In this document: in pieces, positions 48,961 to 61,710 of the stretch
Layout: every line of letters starts with the position of its first letter
Numbering within the stretch: the stretch's first letter is position 1
Assembly (NCBI GenBank): GCA_013265495.1
Contig: MU063048.1
Coordinates: 3,472,001 to 3,536,000 of the forward strand
Direction: 5' to 3'
Length of the DNA: 64,000 bases
DNA from: Vicugna vicugna
Lineage: Eukaryota
Translations under genes and position numbers: made by a program
The notes under the pieces: generated by a model
Database searches by the model: none
The model's input: only the letters and a program-made list of their open reading frames with translations
What the model was told of the DNA's origin: nothing

Positions 48961-50686
48961 CAGCACTGACCCAGGTAGCCGTTACAGCCACTGACCTCCC
49001 AGTGAGGACCTGAGGCTCCCCGTGGCCGATGACTGGCCGGAGCTGCTTCAGGCAGGACTGGGGTGAGGCTGCCGGGAGAGGGGTCCGGGCCAGGTCCCGT
49101 GCCCGTGGTGCGGGGAGCACCTGCCCGGGGAGGGGCTTGCGGGTGCGTGGGTCACCCGACACTCTCACGGGTGGCTGGCACACTTTGACCTTAGTATTGT
49201 GTTGTGTCCTGACATCAGCAGTCAGTTCTTCCATGTTGCCACGTGCTGCGTTCTTTCACGCTGCTGGGTCCCTGACCGCCTCCCCCAGACTCCGTAAGCG
49301 GCTCCCCACACACTCGACTGGCCGGAGCTGGAGTTACTGCTGAGCTAGCGAGCCTTCGCCTCCGTGACTTGGCCCATTTGGAGGCTGCAGGAAGCAGGTC
49401 TTCGCTTTATCCCCCCCGTGTTCTGGGGGGCAGGTGGCCAAGACCCCAGGCTCTCAAGTCTCCCTTCCCCATTTGCTGACGCCCCGAACACCTCCCGCCC
49501 TGGTGGAGTGGGGGCTCAGCGCCCCGGGGGAGGAAGTGCCCAAGGCCCCTGCCAGCGAGGTGCTAAGAAAGGGGCTCATGACCCTGGACTTCGGGTGAGT
49601 GTGGGGGGTGGAGGGCGTGTGGTTTCACCCTCAGGAGTAAAAGGACCTGGAGCTCCGGCTTCCTGGGAAACACAGGCGGAAGCCAGAGGTTGGAGAATGC
49701 TGCAAATGTCTTAGAAAAGGCAGTTAGGAGTGTTGGCGCCGGCATTCCAGAGTTTTCTATATTTTTGATTCTCTGTTCTCTCCCCAGCTTGTGTTTTCTG
49801 TGACCTCATCTGTTTCTCTGTATTAAAAAAAAATGAGATTCTCTAAAATAAAAAACACTAGTATATTTATTTTTAGAAGTGTAGAAGGGCCCTGGGAAAT
49901 AGCTAATCTCAGGAAAAGAGGAGAAGGTTTTCAACAGGCAAAAAGGAAGCTGATCTATTACTGGAAGGGGAGACAGAGGTTCATTCACACAGTGGTGATT
50001 AGTGTGTGTGCACGCACGTGTGAGTGGGCGCATGTGTCTGGGTGTGTGTGTACACATGTGTGTACACGGGTGTGCCCTGCGTGGGTGCCTGTGCCTGTGT
50101 GTGCTGGAGTCGTGGGAGGAGGGCTCATGTTGGCAGAGCTCCAGGGCGTCCCCCTGGTTCTCTGCGGTCACTTGCCCTGTGGAGTGAATTAATTAAAGTC
50201 ACACCTGGAGAGCATTTCTAACGAGGTCGGCGGAGGAAAGTCTTTGGATGAAAATAGGGCTCACACGGCTCTGCTCTCCGTCATGGTTTTGTGTCTGTGA
50301 TGATGTGTTTTGTCCTTGGCTTCACTTTCAAACTGCCTAAAGTCTCAGTTCCCTCAGAGGCCACCTGCTCACCACCCCAAATCGAAGAATCCTCCATCCG
50401 TCTTTTTTTTTTTTTTTTGAAACATCTGGCCGCGGTGGTTCCCATCTGCACGCTCTAGAGGGCTGCGTGTCCTCCCTCCACTGGCACTGGCCTCCCACAG
50501 GCAGGCATCTGCGACTGGGCTGGGGGCCCTTCACCCCTGCTGCCCTGCCCCGCCCCCAGCCAGCCCCATCCCTCCCTCCAGGGCACAGCCTGGGCACAGG
50601 TAGCAAAGGCGGGGGCCACTCGCTGCGGACGCTGCAGGGCCACGGAACCTGGGGAGTGACTGACGGGAGGACAGCAGTGTGGGGTT

Positions 50687-50773
50687 TTCACAGAGAAACA
50701 CGGCTCGGTTGATTATTCACAGAGAAACACGGCTCGGTTGATTATTCACAGAGAAACACGGCTCGGTTGATTA
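50687..50773. repeat. Minisatellite, three perfect copies of a 29-bp unit (ttcacagagaaacacggctcggttgatta)
   Basis: Copies at 50687-50715, 50716-50744 and 50745-50773. Confidence 0.97.
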
Positions 50774-51871
50774 CTCAGGGGCATCTTACCGAGTCCACTC
50801 ACGGGTTCAGGTGGGGAGACTCTGACCACACTTGGAATTCCATTCTGTCCCCAAGAGGACAGCTCCTGTGACTGGGCTCCTCGGCCCCCCAGTGTCCCCA
50901 CTTACCGCCCTCTGAAATGGGCCCATAATTGAGGTATATTTACAGTTGCAGCTCTTCACTAAGTAAAGAGCTAGTGTGCACTTTTCAGGAGGGAACTGAG
51001 GAAGTAAGATGAATGTTGGGAACTGAGAAGAGAGATGACCTCTGCATGTTATTTTTATCTTGTTTTAAATATTCAAACCCCGGAACAGGCGGAGAGACCA
51101 AGCTTCCGCGGGAAGGTGTGTGTACTTTCCAACCGCAGCAGAAGCCTGGGGCTACCATTCTCTGCTGCCTACAATAAAATCATTTCAAGTGCACATCAAA
51201 AGCCAGTGATAACAACAACCAGTTTAGAACGACTGCACCCTGGTCATCGACTTGAGCACAAACCGTGCCTGGAAGGTCAGATCACTGCCGTGAATAGGCT
51301 CTATTCAGATGCCTTCCCATCCCCCTCACTCCGGACCTGGTCAGGGCCACCATGGCTTCCCATTGGGTCATTTCGTCTCTTGGGGTCTTGCTCCCCTATG
51401 GTCTGGGTCCCTCCTCATTCCCAGGCTCCTTTGGAAACCACAACAGCTCTGCCCCTGGCCAGGCTTCCACGGGGCCCTGGACCTCAGGGCGGATGCGTTT
51501 AGGGTGCTGGGGCTTTGTAGGGCGGCTGGCGGTCTGTCCTGGCTGCTGCTGCCCCCTGGATGCCAGCCAGGCACTGGGTCGCTGGGGCTCCAGGGTCCCC
51601 CAGTCCTGGATGTCCCCTCTCCACCCACTCCCAAGGTCCTTTTAGGTGGGAGGGCTGGAAAAGTGGGGGCAGCCGGAGCAGAGAAATGGAGAATCATCAC
51701 TTCTGTGCTGAGTAAACCTTGACTGACTACAACTACTACATTACTTTCTCGTCTGAGATCCCATGAAAAGAAATCACGCGCAGAACTCCCAGGCAGGGGG
51801 CGCGAGCGTCACATCAGTCAGAGGAAGGCAGCTCTGTCACCTCAAGCCCATCTAAGAAACAGAAACCAGGG

Positions 51872-52471
51872 CTGGCGAGAAATTGGAGCCTTGTGCACTG
51901 TCGGTGGGGACGCAAGCCTGTAGCTGTTACGGAAAACAGGACAGTTGTTCCTCAGAAATTAAACACAGACGTACTTTGGGATCCAGCAACTCCATTCTTC
52001 TGAATACACACCCACAGAATTCAAAGCAAGGACTCAGAAAAAGGTGTCACGTTCACAGCAGCCAAAAAGTGGCAGCCACCCGACTGTCCATCAGCAGGTG
52101 ACGGACGAACACAACGTGGCCCATCCAGACAAAGGAACATTGCTCAGCCTTACATAGGAAGGAAGTTCTGACACAGGCCACAGCATGGACGGACCTGGAA
52201 AACATGCTCAGTGAAGTCAGCCAGACACAAAAGGACAAACACTGAATGACTTCACTTGTATGAGGCCCCTGGAGCAGTCAGATTCTCAGAGACCAACGTG
52301 GGGGGGGGGCAGTTAGCGTTTTCTGGGGACAGAGTTTCGGGTTTTCCCGATGGAGAGTTCTGGAGGCGGACGGTGGTGATGAGTGTGTAACAATGTGAAC
52401 ACCGCCAACCGTGCACTAAAAAACGGTTCCGATCGTAAATTTTATATGGATGTATTTTACCACAATTTAAA
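51872..52471 (+). mobile_element. L1MB-like 3' end with residual tail
   Basis: ggatccagcaactcc...ctgtccatcagcaggtga...cagcatggacggacctggaaaacatgctcagtgaagtcagccagacacaaaaggacaaa...tattttaccacaatttaaaa. Confidence 0.9.
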
Positions 52472-53711
52472 AGGGAAGAGAGCGGCTCTGAAACCAGCGA
52501 AAGGTGAGCTCTCAACGTGAAGGAGACGGTGGCCCGCCTCACCGAGCGCTGGCCCCACCTCGCCCCGCTGTCCTCTGCCCCCGTGGCGCCCTGGTCAGCT
52601 CCCCAGGCCCTGAGCGGGGCCGGCGCTCGGGCCGCACTGGCTGGGCCGTCGCCTGCCTCTCTGTGCGCATTTGGGTTCTACTTTCCGGAGCTGTGCTGAC
52701 TACGGCCGTTCTGGGAACACCTCTTCCTCTGGACCGATGTTCCCGTTCCTCGGGTGTGTGAGCCCCGTGAAATAAATGCGCAAGGCCATGCGTGTGCTTC
52801 CCTCGAGTTTGTACCAGTTTATTTTAGGGCAGATTTGATCCACAAAGTTTAGAGCACTTGGGAGCATTCTCCCTAAATATAAGTCTAGTTTTTTATGCTT
52901 CACTGAAAGTAACTGTCGTGAAGCTGTTCCCTTGAAAGAAACTCAAGTGCTTCATAAAACTCCATCTCATTAATCTTCCCACACAATAAGGGGATAGAAC
53001 AGGAACCAGTGGGATTCTCCCAGCTACGAAGAAACAGCCGGGAGAGTGGAAAATACCAGAAGGAATAGGCCTTCTTGGACGACAACACTCCGCCCCGTTT
53101 TCCAAACAGGCTACAACTTTTTCCTCAGTCTAGACTGGAGACATTTACAGCGAGCGGCTGGAGCTGTAATGAAATGCTCTGTTAATGGCCGGCTTCTTCA
53201 GGCTTGGCTTGTGCGCCCAGCGTCACGCGTGCCATGCTCACCGGCGTGTGGACGGGGCGGGAGCAGCTTCCTGGCTCAGAAACAGCCTCAGCCCTGCGTT
53301 TACACACGAGGCTCCCAGCGTGGATAATTAAACATAAGCCCTGGCATTTCTCCTTCATGCAGAGGAAGCACAGGCGTGCACTCCTTTTCGAGTTTCACAA
53401 GCGTTTTTGGTCAACAGTCACCCTCACTATCAGGGGTGGCCACGCCCTGAACATTTGGTGCATGCGAAGCAACATCACAGACTGCCCTGAGAAGTCTGGG
53501 CTGCTTTAGTGAGCTCGGAGCTACTCAGAAAGTCGGCTCATTATCTGGGGACGAAAAGAAAGGCAAAGTCTAAAAAGATGGGGTTTTCCACTCTGCGTCT
53601 TCCCGGCCTGAACGCTTCCTGGGGGCACCTGCGGCTCTGCTGGGCTCCTGCGGGCCTTCAGCGGGAAGCCCGTGGGGCCGGGGCCCCGCGCGCGGCCGGC
53701 TCTGCCCGCGG

Positions 53712-53725
53712 CCACCAGGGGGCAG
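53712..53725 (+). promoter_or_regulatory. CTCF motif (CCACCAGGGGGCAG)
   Basis: Exact match to CCASYAGRKGGCRS within a CpG-rich stretch. Confidence 0.65.
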
Positions 53726-54360
53726 TGTTGCCATTCACTAGGCGCCCGGCGGCTCCCGCGCGCGGCCGGACGCCAAGCGCCTCCAGCCTCGGGCGCTCAG
53801 CCTGCACCCCATTATTATTTTTTGATTTATAAAGCGCCATCCCGCCGCAGAGTCCCCACCCCCAGCTGCTTCAGAGGAAGCTCGCAGAAGCATTAACCGA
53901 GCAAGGAAGCAACCCCAGTGAAGCGTACGGTGGTCTGGTGGAGGCTCGCAGGTGGACACCTGGCAAGAAATCTGCTGACAGAAGGGCCCGGGCGGGAGGG
54001 TCCGCAGCGAGCCGGGAAAACAGCCTCCCCAGCGGGGCACGTGCATGGATCTGCTCCCATGAAAGATGGAGGGGAGACGGCTCGGGACGTGAGCAGTCAA
54101 AACATTCCAGCTCAGACCTGCTGGGCCCGCTCGGCCCTTGTTCTCAGTCCAGCACTGGGACCGGCTCCCGCAGGCCCTGCTCAGCCCGCGGGGCGCAGGA
54201 CCCCAGTTCAGGGGACTGATGCAAGTGAGCTCCTGAGCAGGCGCTGGGGACGCTGGGGACAGCGTTCTGACTGGGCTGGAGGTTACAGATGGAGACTTCT
54301 TAAGGGCAGCTGCAGAAATGATAAATCGGGGTTCTGGGACGTCACATCAGTGGGGTCGAG

Positions 54361-54374
54361 CCAGCAGGGGGCAC
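54361..54374 (+). promoter_or_regulatory. CTCF motif (CCAGCAGGGGGCAC)
   Basis: Exact match to CCASYAGRKGGCRS, same orientation as the site at 53712. Confidence 0.55.
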
Positions 54375-54584
54375 GCCGGTGGGATCACAACAAAAACAGA
54401 GCCGCCTGATGAAAATGACACCTCTGTGCGAGTCCAAGAGGAACTGTGGGTGGTGAGGGCTGGCGTTCCCATGTTGCTCCCTGGAGCCGCGCCCGCCTCC
54501 TCGCAGCCTGTGCACATGCTGACCTGTGCCAAGTCCCCTGGTCCATCCAACACGCTGCATCTACCTGCTTGATTTAGGTGATTC

Positions 54585-54690
54585 TCCCAACAATTTAGCT
54601 GAGCAGGCATGTCTTCACCACTTTACAGAGGGGGAAGCTGATGGCCAGACAGTCAAGGTTACACGGACAACGAGATACCTTGGAGAGCTG
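54585..54690 (-). mobile_element. MIR fragment
   Basis: caccactttacagagggggaagctgatggccagacagtcaaggtt resembles the antisense MIR core. Confidence 0.5.
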
Positions 54691-56139
54691 GACCGAGGCC
54701 CCTCCCTGGGCTCTCGGACCCCAGGCCCCTTTGCTGCACTTTGCTGGCTCCTGAGGAAACCCTGAGACGTGCATGTGCAAGTCCACTTAGAAGGATGACA
54801 TTGCTTTTATCCCACGAGCCTTCCTGCCTGCCAGGAGGAGGGGGCATCCAGAGCTCAGCAGCCCCAGAGGGGAGCAGGGCCGGCCTGGGGCTGCTGTGAA
54901 GACACGGGCCGGAGAGGGTGTGTCTCCTGCGGCCCATCCTTCACCAGTGGTCCTTCCCTGTTTGCAGGAGGGAGGGAGACCCTGCGGGACACACATCAGG
55001 GGCCTCCAACGAGCCATGGAGGGACTCAGGTGTCATCACCGAGGCCACAGCCTGTGCAACTTTGGTTAAGGAAAGGGGGCAAACTGAGCACAGGAAAGTC
55101 ACTTCTCTCCACGTGAGTGCCGTGGGCTGCACGCCTTTAGACTACCTGATTCTGTTAGCTTGTTGCCATTTTAAAAAAACAAGACCATTAATCTGCTTTC
55201 GGTAGAAAATCCCTCTCTGCTACATAACTGCAAGCCCTGGGAAGGTCCCCAAGGGTGGCTGATGTCGCAGTAAAGCTACAGAGTGCCCGTGGCAGCAGTG
55301 ACACAGTGAGCGTAGGGTTAAAGCAGGGGGAGACAGCCTGAGGCCCCGGGAGGAGGGAAATGGGCGATGAGGGGGCTGGAAGCCCCCGGGGCAGCCGGAG
55401 CGGAATCTGGCGGAGGGGCGGAGGGGCGGAGGGATCTGCTGGCGAAGTTATTGATGAGCCGGCTGTGGATTCCAACCTGAAGTTGGAAAAGACAGAGGAG
55501 CTGGCGGGGGACTCGCCTCCAGCTAACCTGCCAACTTTTGGAAGGAGATGGACGGCAAGGGGTGGGGAGGGGGTGAGAAGAGGAGGAACTACAGAAACGC
55601 TGTGGTGGAGGAGGGTCCTCTCCTCCCTCTGGCGTCTTCCCTCCACCACGGGCCCCTCAGGGAAGAGCCTGGACCGAGTTAACACGGAGGCGGGCATGAG
55701 CCGCTGGCGCTCCCGGGGGACCTCTGCGGAGGGGCGACCAGGGCCGGGGTGGGGTCGCAAGGGTGGGTGGGGTGAGCTGCATGGCTGCTGTGGCTTCAGG
55801 TGCCTTCTCTGGGGCTGAATGTCCGTTTGGCTGTGACAGCTGAAGTCTGAACAGGAGATGACTTTACCCTCTGGCTTCAGCAGCTCTGACTTTCCCCCTC
55901 CTCTTCTCCCCCAGCCCCCACCCCAAGCCAGGGACTGGGAGGCCTTGGGAGGCGAGGCGGAGCACTGCCCCTCGCCGGTTTTCCTAGGGGTGCTCAGTCT
56001 CCAATAAAGTCAACACTGCCCAAGAAAAATGACTTTCCCCGAGTTGTTCTGGAGTGTTAAAATTAAAAAAAAATCCTTATCACGTTCCAAGCCGTCTTCC
56101 AGCTGTTCTGCAGGTTGTAAGCTATGCACTTTAAGCTTC

Positions 56140-56273
56140 AAATAATCCTAGGGGGTGAGTACTGACAGCTCCACCCTGCAGGTGCGGAAACTGAGGTCCT
56201 CAGAGTTGACAGGACTCCCCAAGGGCCACAGCTGGCGGTGGCAGGGTTGGGATTTGGAGCCAGGCCTCTGACT
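56140..56273 (-). mobile_element. MIR SINE relic
   Basis: caggtgcggaaactgaggtcctcagagttgacaggactccccaagggccacagctgg...gggatttggagccaggcctctgactc. Confidence 0.75.
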
Positions 56274-57095
56274 CAGAACTTGGGTGCTTCCTCCTTATTT
56301 TCATTGATTTTTCTTAGGAAAATGACTTGATTGCTTTTGTTAAATAAACTCGGAAAAGTCCTCTTGAACACCATCATACGGGGACAACCGGAAACACTGG
56401 AACGAACAGCCCTCACGACATCTCTCTTCGGCATCAACTTCAGGACAAGATTGCCAACACACGGGTTTTTGCTACTTGAAAATTGGTCACAACACACCTA
56501 ATTGAGCTGAGGCAGGTGTCTTTCTGGTCTTAAGATTTGCCTGATGGTTGAGCCTGGGATTCCCGGGAAGGGAAGGGCCCTCCTTGCTGTGGGGTTTCCT
56601 CACCCGGCCCCTGGTGTCCACTCCTCCTCCTCCTCCGAGGCTGGGTCCACCCTTGGCCCTTCCCAGGGTGTCGGCTTCCAAGGGAGGAAGTGACACCTGC
56701 CTCGAGGGGGCAGGACTTCAAGGATGTGGTCGCCACCTTCATCGTCATCTTCCTTGACCTGTGGGCTAGCAGACCTTTGGGGACTCCTGTGTGGCTAGTC
56801 AACTCCAGTCAGAGCTCAAGACCAGCCAGGTGCTCCACTGAGCACCTTCAATACTCAGGATGAACGCCGCGGGATGATACCACCACCCACTTTCCACAAG
56901 AGGAGATCAAGCCGACACAAGCACACACTGCTGGTGAGGGCCAGGCTTTGAACCCAAGTCCCTTGAATCTCAACCCCTGCTGGCATCACTACTCTGCTTC
57001 CTTAAGTCACATATGCATCACGTGTGAGCTGTTTGTGTGCGAGAAGTCTACAGAAAACCCCAGTGTTGGGCCGGGAAGCCTTAGACTCAGCAAAG

Positions 57096-57098
<3 letters not shown>

Positions 57099-57134
<36 letters not shown>
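57099..57134. repeat. (CA)18 microsatellite
   Basis: Perfect dinucleotide run followed by cgcacgcac. Confidence 0.97.
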
Positions 57135-57139
<5 letters not shown>

Positions 57140-58164
57140 GCACCGACACGCTGGCACCAGTGCAGGGCTGGCCCACCCGCCTTTTGGAGGACCATGTGAC
57201 CCGGCAGAGCTGTGCTGGCCTGGCCTCAGAGCCCAGGCCCTGGTGTCCAGCGCCAACTCTGAAAGCACCTTTGTTTTCATTATTGTGCAAAAGGTGTTCA
57301 AACGACAACATGCTCTTCTGAGTCAGAGGAGAGAGGTCAACCATTTGGCAGCGATTTGTGAAATCCGAGGGAAGAGACAGTAAGCCAACTTGACGGCGTG
57401 TTTACGAGTGCTGCTGTGGTCCTGAGGGGAGCTGCCTGCGCCGGCTTCCTTGATGGAGGGTTACGTCGGTGGGACCTGTTCATGGAGGTCGTCGAGGGGG
57501 CTTGTATCAGTCAGGAGACAGGGGCCGCGCTGCAGAAAGAGGGGAGCCCCCAGGTAGGTCTCCTATCACAGCAGAAGTTCATCTCTGTTGTCCGAGGGCA
57601 GGCCGCCCGTCTCTCAGGGTGGGGCCCTCCCAGAGGTGACCAGGGGTCTGGGCCCTTCCTCTGCAGCTCTGTCGTGGAGCACGTGGCCTCCACCACTGCC
57701 ACGGCGGAGGAGAGGGCCCAAGCGCGGGCTAAACGGCCTTAAGATCGTATTCTGATGCCAAAACCAGAGCAAGCGACTGAAGAGCAAAAAAACTAAGTCT
57801 CCCATCTGTAGGAAAGAACCTTCCGGAACATCAACAATGCACAGAGAACACTCGGCATTCACCGAATTTTTTTACAACTATAAAAATAATAAAAAACCCC
57901 ACAACCCTTTAACATCGAACAGCCCACATGTATTTTAGGGGAATATCAAGAGAACAAAAGGTGAACAGACTTAACGCAGAAAGTTCTCTCCATTTCCACT
58001 TCTAAGCCCCTGTGAACAAACCCCCTCGGGGACCACCTGCCGAAGGACGAGGCCTCACGGTCGCGGTTGTGGGTGCTGCCTTCATTCTCTCTCCAGGGTG
58101 TTTGCACGTGTTGGGAAAACAGCCCCGGGATTTGGGAAGCAGAACTGACGTCCATGGTGTGAAG

Positions 58165-58320
58165 CGGCACTTGCCCTTGCATTTAGGGCCCATCCTAATC
58201 CAGGTGACCTCGTCTCGAGTCCTCCACCGCACCAGCAAAGGCTCTCTTTCCAGATCATGTCACATGCTCGGGCTCCTTGTGGACGCATCTGGCAGGGGCC
58301 ACAATCCAACCCGCTGGCGC
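58165..58320 (-). mobile_element. MLT1 (MaLR) LTR fragment
   Basis: gggcccatcctaatccaggtgacctcgtct...gcaaaggctctctttccagatcatgtcaca...ggggccacaatccaaccc is the reverse complement of an MLT1 5' end. Confidence 0.65.
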
Positions 58321-58489
58321 TGCATCTACAGAGAGCAAGCGGAGTGACTCGTCGCACGGGCCTCGGGCACTCGTCATAAAACAACCAGGTGTCACCGAAG
58401 AAACGCAAGTCTCCTCCGTGCTCTTCCTTGGCCGCCTGCCTCCCCACACCCCCTCCCCCCTCAGAGGCCACGATGCCAATCAGTTTGAT

Positions 58490-58770
58490 GTGCACCCTTC
58501 CAGTCCGTGTTTCTGTGTTTTTATTGCACTTCTATTTTCCATAATAAAGGCATTGCTTTAGATTTTTAAAATTTATGTACGTACACTTAAACCCTGTTGT
58601 GTATGGTGTTTAGGACCATTCTGCATATTCAACATTTTGTTTTCAAGAGCTGCCCAGGTGGAAAGATAAGTTTAATTGTTCATTTTAATGAATATTTATA
58701 TTCCATCATACGAATATATTGGCTCCTACTGTTGAGAATTTAAACTGTCTTCAATTTCTTTCTTCTCAAC
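58490..58770 (-). mobile_element. Ancient L1 (L1ME-like) fragment
   Basis: ttcaacattttgttttcaagagctgcccaggt...cattttaatg...tattccatcatacgaata resembles the antisense L1ME 3' region. Confidence 0.5.
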
Positions 58771-61479
58771 TAGTTGGGGTCACGATCGGGTTCCCCAGAG
58801 AAGCAGAACCTGTAGCGTGTATAGAGTCATTACCCATCTGTGTCCGTACGTCTGTAGATCTCAGGTGTGCGCTCTCTCACTCCATGTAGACACTTCACTG
58901 CTGCCGTTTACACGATCACGACAACTCTCAGAGTGCTCAGGGCAGCCCGACCTCGCAGCCTCAACTGTGTGACAGGACCCTTCACGTTTTACAGGGTCAA
59001 ACTCCAAAAAGCAATAGTCCTCTAGCTTCAAAAGTCCATTTTCAGGAACTCTTTCCACCCACGAACATTTCATAAACCATGACCCTCTCGTCGCCGTGTC
59101 CCTCTCTGTCCCCTCCCTGCGGCATCCGTCCTTCTGTGGCCTCTGGACTGCCCACTTCTGGGTTTCCCAACCCAGCGCTGTTGACCCTGGGACTGGATCG
59201 TCCACGCTGGGGGCCCCTGTGCGCTGGGGGGGTGTTTGAGGGCCCCCCGGCCTCTGCTGACTCCGGCCCTCCCCAGCTGTGAAAAGGAAATGGACTCCAG
59301 ACCTCGCCCAGTGCGCCATGGGGACAAAACCACCTCCAGCTGAGAACCCCTGACTTAGCTAAAAGCCCCAAATAAAGTACCCGGAGCAGGTGCCTCCAGC
59401 AAACCCTCGCTCATCCGCCAGCAGACACTGGGCAGAAAGGAGACCGTCCTCGAAGGCGTGGCCTCCCCTCCGCCTCCCCTCTTCACAGTCGCCCTCGACC
59501 TTCAGATTCCGAGTTTATTTCTCTGCCGGCTGTATTCAGGAGAAACAATGTCGTGAGTAAAAGTGATACGGTCGAGACAAATTGAGGGCAAACAGAGAAA
59601 GAACCTGCCTTCCAAGTCCAGGGCAGGAAGTGACAGTAGCCGAAAAGGGGGTTTGGGTTAGATTCTTCTGTCTCCATAATTGAGTTTTCTCCTCTGCTGT
59701 CACCGTGGGGACAAGGCCTCCGGATGTTATTCTGTGTTTTGCCTTTTGATGTTGAGGGAAGCTTCAGGCCACCAAGATTCCCAAGAGGAAGAGTCTTCTT
59801 TCATTTACAGGTCAGACTCATGTCATCACTAGAATCCAGGGCAAAGTTAAAAATCTTCCAAAGCCTGGAGACGCGCACTGTGAGGCCCCATCCGGAGGGC
59901 GTCTGAGCCTTACTCGCTGGAAAGCCCGGGGAGGTGCAGTGTCACAGGCAAGCGTCCTGAAAGCAGGCAAAAAATGGTTGTTAGACCCTCTGCTGGAAGA
60001 GGAGCCCTAGAGACACATCTCACGCCCCAACCTTAGGAGCCCGAGAGGTCCCATGGACAGGGATAAGCAGCACGGATCATTCTCTGTACCCCTGCGAGTG
60101 ATGTCGCAACACAGCGCAGCACTGGGCTTAAAGGCGACACTGAGCGTCAAAGAAAGTTCATTCATGTTGAAAATCACCGGTTCCTGTGGGTGGTGGTGTC
60201 GGTCCCACCAGGTGAACGCATTTAACACCACCGAGCAGCACGCTGAGAACTGATGAGAACCGTAAACTGTGTGATGTGTGTGTTACTGTAACTTTTTAAA
60301 AATCAGTTATCAAGGTGGCTGAGAAGTTCGTAATATGTTTTGGGGGAAAAAAGTAACCAAAATGGATATGATCCAAAATAAAAATGTGCTGCTTAAAAGG
60401 ATAAGCAGAAGCTATCTTTTTGGTTTCTTTTAAATAAGTTCTGTTAAGATTTTTATTTGAACTAAATTTAGCATATAAATTAATTTGGGGGGAATAGATA
60501 TATTTACCATTATTAAATGTTACCAAAAAACCCCGCAGACTATAGAAGTCCATTTACTGAATCTTTTCCTTTGTAACGTTTTCTAGTTAAGCAGAGCTAC
60601 CTTCACGGCTCACTCACGAGTGGTCTCTCCTTTACCAAAGAAGCTCAATATTTATGGTGTCACTGGAATTCACCCAAAAGTAGCAAGCAACCACGTTCTA
60701 ACAGAAAGAGTTGGATGTCGTGATTTGGGAGGACTAGCTTTTATTTCTAACTCCGACAATGAAATATGGCTACAAATCCCGGGTTTGATCACGGAACTTA
60801 AAAAAAAAGCCAGCCCACATTGGCGGGCTGGGCTCCTTCTGCGGCTGGAGCCCCGCCGGCTCCTCTGATGAGCCGTGGCTTCCATGGAGCAGCGGGGTGA
60901 TGGGTGACCACGTCCACTGTCTGCCTCGGTGACAACTAGCTTGTTACCCTGGTGGCCGACACCCAACACGGCCACCATCGCAGGCCTCTGGGAGTCACTG
61001 CTTCTATTCAGAGACACGACCGCTCGAAGTTAATTGTTGCCTCAGCGGCTCTGGCATTAAGGACGCCCACATACCCACGCTGTCTGTCAAGCGGCCAAGA
61101 TGATGCCAGGTACTGTCTACAGAGTTTTCCACGTCAAGTGAGGAGGTTGGACACTGCCTGCTTCCTGCTGCCGGGGCCTTAGCACACACAGAGCTTGGCA
61201 TTTCTGCTTTGCTCTATTAAACGGAGAGTAATCTGGAAAGCAGGACACAGATTATTGACCAAGAGGTGACCGCTATGGTTGGGAATTGAGCTGATTTGTG
61301 CCCAGCCCTCCCTGTAACCATCTTTTAAGACGGGGAGCTCCACACCTTTTTTGAGAAAATGAGATGAAATGGGGAGTTTGGGTTGGAATTTCTTTTCTTT
61401 CTTTCTTTTTTTTTTGGCATAGTGAGAAACTTAATGTTCTGTGAGTCTTTTTTTAAGAGCCATAATAAGCAAATTTAGT

Positions 61480-61710
61480 GCATGAAACTTACTGGATCCT
61501 GGTTTCAAAGAAACAGTTATAAAACATAGTTTTAGGACAATAATAGAAATTTGAATATGAAGTGAGTTTCAGGTGATGCTACGGAATCATTGCTATGTTT
61601 GCCACGTATAGTATTGGTATTTGTAATATATTAATTGGAGAAACATCCCTACTCTTTGGAGATACATGTTGAAATATGTAGGGGTTAAGTGTCATGGTGT
61701 TTGTTTTGGT
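61480..61710 (+). mobile_element. Ancient L1 (L1MC/ME-like) 3' fragment
   Basis: ggatcctggtttcaaa...gaaatttgaatatg...catccctactctttggagatacatgttgaaatatgtaggggttaagtgtcatg. Confidence 0.55.

Noticed and set aside
55360-55818. 152-aa (+) and 190-aa (-) overlapping ORFs
   Set aside because: G/P/R-rich, no splice or domain support; possibly part of a decayed LTR that I could not assign.
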